A DNA stretch of 64,000 nucleotides from the human T2T-CHM13v2.0 reference genome, Homo sapiens, in assembly GCF_009914755.1 (NCBI RefSeq), contig NC_060926.1. One strand, written 5' to 3'. The notes under the pieces were generated by a model. That model saw nothing but the letters and a program-made list of their open reading frames with translations. It ran no database searches and was not told where the DNA came from. Each line of letters begins with the position of its first letter. The first letter of the stretch is position 1. The translations under genes and the position numbers were made by a program. Positions 58,471 to 64,000 of this stretch are shown here, in pieces.

Positions 58471-58729
58471 ATAATTCACCACTTTGATGTACCCTTTGGA
58501 TGCCCAACATCAATATCTGTTCTTAATTTGATATTTAAACTTCCTCCAACCAACCAATATTCGCATGTAAAATATGCAATTATACTTGACAGAAAAACCT
58601 GCTCATCCTCTCCCCTTCTGACAAGGGTAACACATCCATGTCAAGAACATGATTTCTGGGTGGCTTCCATTCCTCCTCTAGTTCCATCTGATATTCTGTA
58701 AGTTAGGGTTTAAACTATGCGATGGAAGT

Positions 58730-59033
58730 CTTAAATTGGGAGGGAGTTGAAAGTCATCCTACTCTTGACCAATGGGAGACAGGAGCTGGTGGATATTCTC
58801 CTCTTTTGCTCCTTAAGCAGACAATTCTGGGTTGCATCCTATACAGGTCTTCAGAGGGGCCCTACAGGATCAGATCCCAGCTTCTCACAGTGGTGATCAG
58901 CTCAACAGTGCATCCTTGGATTACCTTTTTCCCTATTTCTCTTTTACTCCTTCCAGTCCCCAGCTCCCAAAATAAATTATCTCCAAAAAAACCTTCGTCT
59001 CATCTCGGGTCTTGGTAAGAACCTAGGTTAACA
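58730..59033 (+). mobile_element. LTR16-family (ERVL) LTR, 3' part
   Basis: tgaccaatgggagacaggagc...agacaattctggg...ccagcttctcacagtggt...aataaattatct...aagaacctaggttaaca. Confidence 0.75.
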
Positions 59034-59099
59034 CTGGGTTCTAGACATACCTCTCTCTGATTACTAGGAACAAACACTCCAGCCCACATAATTCAACCT

Positions 59100-62030
59100 G
59101 TTTATGTGTTTCTGTCCAGTGGAATCAAGGACCCAAAATAATTGGGTGGCAGTCTTACCTCTTAATTCAATGGTTTCTTGTTGTGTTTGCTGACAGAAGA
59201 AATCCTCTCTTGGGAATGATTTTGAAAGGAGGAGGGTTTCCACGAATGACCCTGGGTGCTCAGAGTGGATTAAATGGACAATGAGCAGCTGGGAATTTGG
59301 GGGCACCTCTTTTCTCAGAAAAAGGGGCTGACTACATTCAAGCTCAGATTCCCATACAACTGGTGGTTTTCCCCTTGCCTCTCCCTGGCAGGGAGACTGT
59401 AACATATCATGTGTCCCCAAGATCACTAGGTCCGTCAAGTTTCCCACGTGCAGGGCAGCTGGCTTTCTAGACAATTCCTGTAAAGAGCTGACAGACCAAA
59501 TCCAGACTGTCTGGCACCAAGAAGCTTATGCATTCCCCTAGTGAAAGCTCCTTTCTCATGGTTGCCCTGTAAGAAAGGAGACCCACAGGCTGGTGGCAGT
59601 ATTGGTGGTGGTGGTGTGGTCGTTCGTTCTAACGTAACTGATCTTTCCATGAGATGGAGAGACCAATGGATGGTATGGAATATGTCTTGACTTTTTATGC
59701 AATAGCAGACAGCACTGAAGGTTTCCATCTGGAACAAGAGGCATTGAGACCTCTAAGCCAGGGAGCCCAGACACTCTAGTGATAAGATGCAAACATTTTA
59801 ATAGCGTAATTAGGAGTGATATAGTAACAGGTACCACTCTCACTTTCAGCTCTTGGGCTCTTTATTCTGACTATGGGAGAAATAGCACCATCTATTGGCT
59901 GTTGGTTCATAGCACACAGAGTATCCTGTATGGAGACATCTCATCTTCTCAAGGAGTTATCTTCCTGCTGGCACAATAACTGGGTGTTCAGTAAGCCATT
60001 CCATCATGCCGTAAGGCCTTATGGTGAGACAAGAAATCCCATGAGCCTCAGTCTCTTGTCTCACTGTCATCCCTGTAAAATAAGCTCTTTAGTGAGAAGC
60101 ACTGTTACATGGAAATGAATGATAGTGAATAAGGCAATTTGTTAAGTTCATGGAAGGTGTTGTTGGCATAAAGAATCCAAATACAGAGTAAATAGTTATT
60201 CCAGTGAGGACAAATTATTGCCCTCTTCACAAGGGGGAGGGTCTTCAATATAATTCCCCTCCTGTTTGTAGTTGTTTTAGTCCATTTAGTGTTGCTATAA
60301 TAGAATACTTGAGACTGGGTAGTTGATAAAGAAAAGTTGTTTATTGAGCCCATGATTCTGCGGGCTGAGAAGTTCAAAAGCATAGTGCCACATCTGGTCA
60401 GTTTCTGGTGAGGGCCATGGGCTGGCTCAAAATATGGCAGAGAAGCAGAAAAGTGAGTGGGTAGGTACAAAGAGAGCAAGAGAATGTCTAGGAAGCAGAA
60501 CTTCTTTTACAACAGCCAATCACTGGTAACTAATTTAGTCCTGGGAGAGTGAGAATGAACTAGCTCCCTCAAGAGGGCATTGATTCATTCATGAGGGATA
60601 TCTACCGACATGACCCAAATACCCCTACTAGGTCCAACTTCCCCAAACCATCACGTTGGGAATCAAATTTCAATGTGAGCTTCCAGGAGGACAAACTCAA
60701 GCTACAGCAGTAGTGTTATATTAAGTCTCTCAGGGTTGGTCACTGCTGCTGGAAATTAGTCAGCAGTGGCAGTGGCCACATCTTGGCGAGAAGTCCTTGT
60801 TGGGCCAGTGCATTGTTTCTGTCTGTCTCTGCAACCATTGTCTATGGGGCCACTGAGCAAGCACCAGGATGGCTGGGGAAAGGGTAGGGCACTGGGCAGG
60901 CAATCTTCCAACTACATATTTAGAACCTCCTACACAGTATGGCCTCTTGAGACCATTCCAATAGGACAAAAATATTCACCTATATTGGGGTCTAGTATAA
61001 CATGTCCATCCACATTCCTCTTCCCGAGACCTTATTTCATGTTCCTGACCATCCATCTAAACTGATACTCATGAGGATGACATGTTGAGGATCTGCCTCT
61101 CAGGCCATCTCTCCTTCCAGGAAAAGTGTATAATGTGGACTACTCCAAGTTCTGCTCCCTGGGAGGAGAACTTCCCCACTTTCTTTCCTGTCTTTCACCC
61201 TGAGTGGGGCTGCAATTAAATTCCCACAGGTGCCAGCAAAACTTGCAGAGTCATCTGTAAGCCATATTTGACTTCTTTTCTCCTTGGTGAACTGCTCACT
61301 GGAGACTCCTCATGAGACCATGGCTATGAGGGAGGGGTGAGTGTGGCAGGAAGCACACTGAGAGGAAAAAGCACTGACTGCCCCTGCAGCTCATGAGTGC
61401 CGTCAGCCATGTGGAACTCAATGCTGATATATACCGCTCCCATCTGATGAGGATGTGCTGCTGGGTTGGGTCCATGCGACTTTTGGCTTGGCGTGTCATT
61501 ACTTCAAGATGGGCAGCTTAGGTCATATGGTCACCTAGTGTCCCATGGTCAAGCCCTCAGAAGCAAGCCCCAATAGCAAGTCAAGAGTTATTTCCAAAAG
61601 GAGAATAATTAACTTGCATAGGAGAGCTTGGCTTTGCTCCAAAAGCTAAGATGCTGCAGCTGTGCTTCCTCTACTGGGATTTGCTGCAGGCTTCACACAC
61701 CCTCCAGGTCTGCCCCAGTTGCTCTGAGCACCATCAGATCTCCTGGGTCTCTAAGGGCATTAGGGAGCTGCTTACAGTAGGGCTGGTGCAAGTAGAGAGC
61801 CATCTCTTAGCCCAGGCCTCAATTAACAGTAAATGAGTCAGAGCAGCAAATCCAAAGCTCATGTAGGCTGCCTTCAGATGCCACAGAGTTCCATCAACAT
61901 CCGTGCCTTTCTTAGTGTTGGCACTAACATCTGCAGCTCCTACAAATATATGGTATTGCCTTTGTTTATTTCGGTAAGAAGGGGAACCTAAGGAGTGTGA
62001 CATCAGCCCTTCCAAAAATCTATACCCTTA
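59100..62030 (-). mobile_element. Decayed ERVL/MaLR-type internal region with pol remnants
   Basis: Minus strand ~61580-61430 reads EGLTMGH*VTI*PKLPI and QQHILIRWERYI, matching the recalled ERV-L pol motifs ERLTMGHQVTMRPELPI and QQHSIIKWKWYI. Confidence 0.7.
60273..60709 (-). mobile_element. MST-type (MaLR) solo LTR with perfect 5-bp TSD
   Basis: TG...CA termini (tgttttagtccatttagtgttgctataa...caagctacagca); GTAGT at 60268-60272 and 60710-60714. Confidence 0.92.
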
Positions 62031-62814
62031 CTCCATGGATCAGAAAGCCATTATGGGTATTCTGCAATTGCTGAGGGTAGCTATTCCAGCTATAGACTCA
62101 GACACTGGGTAAGTTACCGGATGGTTTGTCACTGAGAAAGTTGAAGTAGTTGAAAGAGAATTTCCACAGTCTACCACCACCACATCCGCCCACCTTCCAG
62201 CATCTGCTCCCACTTATAATCTGTTCTCTTACAACACGTATTTCTGTAATAGGCATTAAATCGAATATTGCTAAGTAAGGAGATGACGTCACTCTCATGT
62301 GGAAATTGGGTTGGTTCATACATGATTTTTTCTTTTTAGCATATTAATGCTTTGTGTCACCAGACAGGAGCAGCTGAACGTGAAGGATGCCAATGGAATG
62401 AGTTGAACGAACAAGGTGCGGAATAAGGCTCTTTATATGACGTCCATCATCACAGGCTTTTTCTGGTTCATCTTGGCCGCAGGTTCTGCCTTGGCCAGGC
62501 AGACAGTGCCTGTTGTGTAACTCAGCATCTCCTTACCCTTCTTTATGCCTAGTCTATCAAGGTGACATTGCCCTTTTCTTGGAAAGGTGAAGTCCTTATT
62601 TACTTACATATTTATTAGGAATATAATGTCTTAACTGTGCCAATATTTTCACTAAGATTGGTGTTTCTGTTAGTGTTCAGGTTGCAAAATTGGATGTTTG
62701 CAATGGTTTTCCCCAACCAGAATTTATGTTTCTTTTTCATAAATTGTTATTTTTAGTGCATAAATTTGAGAATGAAAAAATTTTTAGGAGCATATTTATC
62801 ATACTATAGCTGAA

Positions 62815-64000
62815 ATGTCTGTATGCTGTCTTCCTACCCGTAATCGTGAACAAATTATCATGCTCCTGTCTAAAGCTAATTCCTCCAATTGTGGACTGCA
62901 TTTTATCCCCTTATTCAAGGACGTCGCTCTAGCACTTAGCCCTTTTTTCCTATTTCATCATCTTTTCGTCTTTCCTGGAATTCTCTTTAACATAAAAAAA
63001 AAGCTGCTACTTCTCCCAACAAATCTTTCTCTTGCTTTCACACTCTTTACCAATCTACTACTCCTATTTCTTTGCTCACCTGTTCTGCAAAACTAGTTGT
63101 AAGAACTGTCTATGCTCACTATCTCCAGCTCTTTTCCTATTTTTTCTTAAGCTCACTGCAGTCTGGTTTTGCTCCCCTTCCATTCCACCAAAAGCCCCAT
63201 GGTCAAGGTCATGAATGACTCCCTCACTGCTAAAGCCAATGGTCAATTTCCAGTTATCTTACTTGGTCAGTTAGCAGCATTTATAGGGTTAAATACTCCT
63301 CCTCTATACCCTTTATTCATGTCTTCCAGGCAACCACACTAGGTTTTCTTTCTATTTCACTGGTTGTTCCATCTCAGTTTTCTTTGGAGTTTCCTCTTCT
63401 CCTGCCAACCTCTCAGTATGGGAGGAATTCAGGGCTCAGCCCTGGTCTTATTCTCCTATTCCCAATCCTTTGGTGATCCCATCCAGTTTCATGCCACCTA
63501 AATACTGAAAATTCCCATAATGTATCTCCAGAGCAGACCTTTTTCTTAAAGTGCAGACTCACATATTCAATTGCCTAATCAACATCTCCACTTTGTTTAA
63601 TGCATATTTCAAAATTAGCAAGTCTAAAACTGTCTAGCAAGCAAGTCTAAACAAGATCTGCTAGTTTAGACTGTCTAGACTAGTCTAAATTAGAGTGTCT
63701 AGACTAGCAAGTCCAAAACAGAATTTCTGATATTTCTCACCAAACCTGCAGCCTCTGCAGCCTTTCCTCTCTTAGTTGATGAAAACTCTACTGTTCCAAG
63801 TTCTTGGCTAAAAGTCTTCAGTCATTCCTGTCTCCTCTCCATTTATCATACCTCACATCTAACACATCAGTACATCCTTCTGGTTCTACTTTCGAAATAC
63901 ATCCAGAATCCATGTGCCTCCTACCAACACGACTGTTACCACCCTGGGGCAAGCTACCATTTTCTTTTGCCTGAATCATTGCAAAAAACTCCCAGCTGAT
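62815..64000 (+). mobile_element. Long L2 fragment (an upstream piece lies at ~62125-62220)
   Basis: tgctcctgtctaaagctaattcctcc, ggtcaaggtcatgaatgactccc...aatggtcaattt, cagactcacatattcaattgcc. Confidence 0.8.

Noticed and set aside
47000-64000. Exons of the expected downstream neighbour (THUMPD2, from memory)
   Set aside because: No recognisable coding exon on either strand; it probably lies beyond the window.

Overview
This is AT-rich, CpG-depleted, repeat-dense primate genomic DNA. It is most likely human, because it carries a near-pristine AluYg6-type element. It holds the 3' part of the + strand gene TMEM178A (claudin/PMP22 superfamily): the distal ~33 kb of intron 1, coding exon 2 (33074-33187), exon 3 (36042-36179), exon 4 (CDS 46007-46248) with a 3'UTR to about 46960, then ~17 kb of downstream DNA. 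Exon 1 lies upstream of the window. The rest is Alu, L1, L2, MIR, MaLR/ERVL and DNA-transposon relics plus microsatellites; nearly all listed ORFs are spurious or repeat-derived. I found no convincing new multi-gene system. Best second-look items: a UGA-CUG stop followed by hairpins and a 42-codon open extension (possible readthrough that would mask a C-terminal PDZ motif); a perfect 34-bp intronic inverted duplication; a tail-less L1 bounded by an 18-bp duplication; a young AluYg6-like insertion; and several templated-insertion scars. Repeat subfamily names are recalled from consensus sequences, not from a search, and old-repeat boundaries are approximate.
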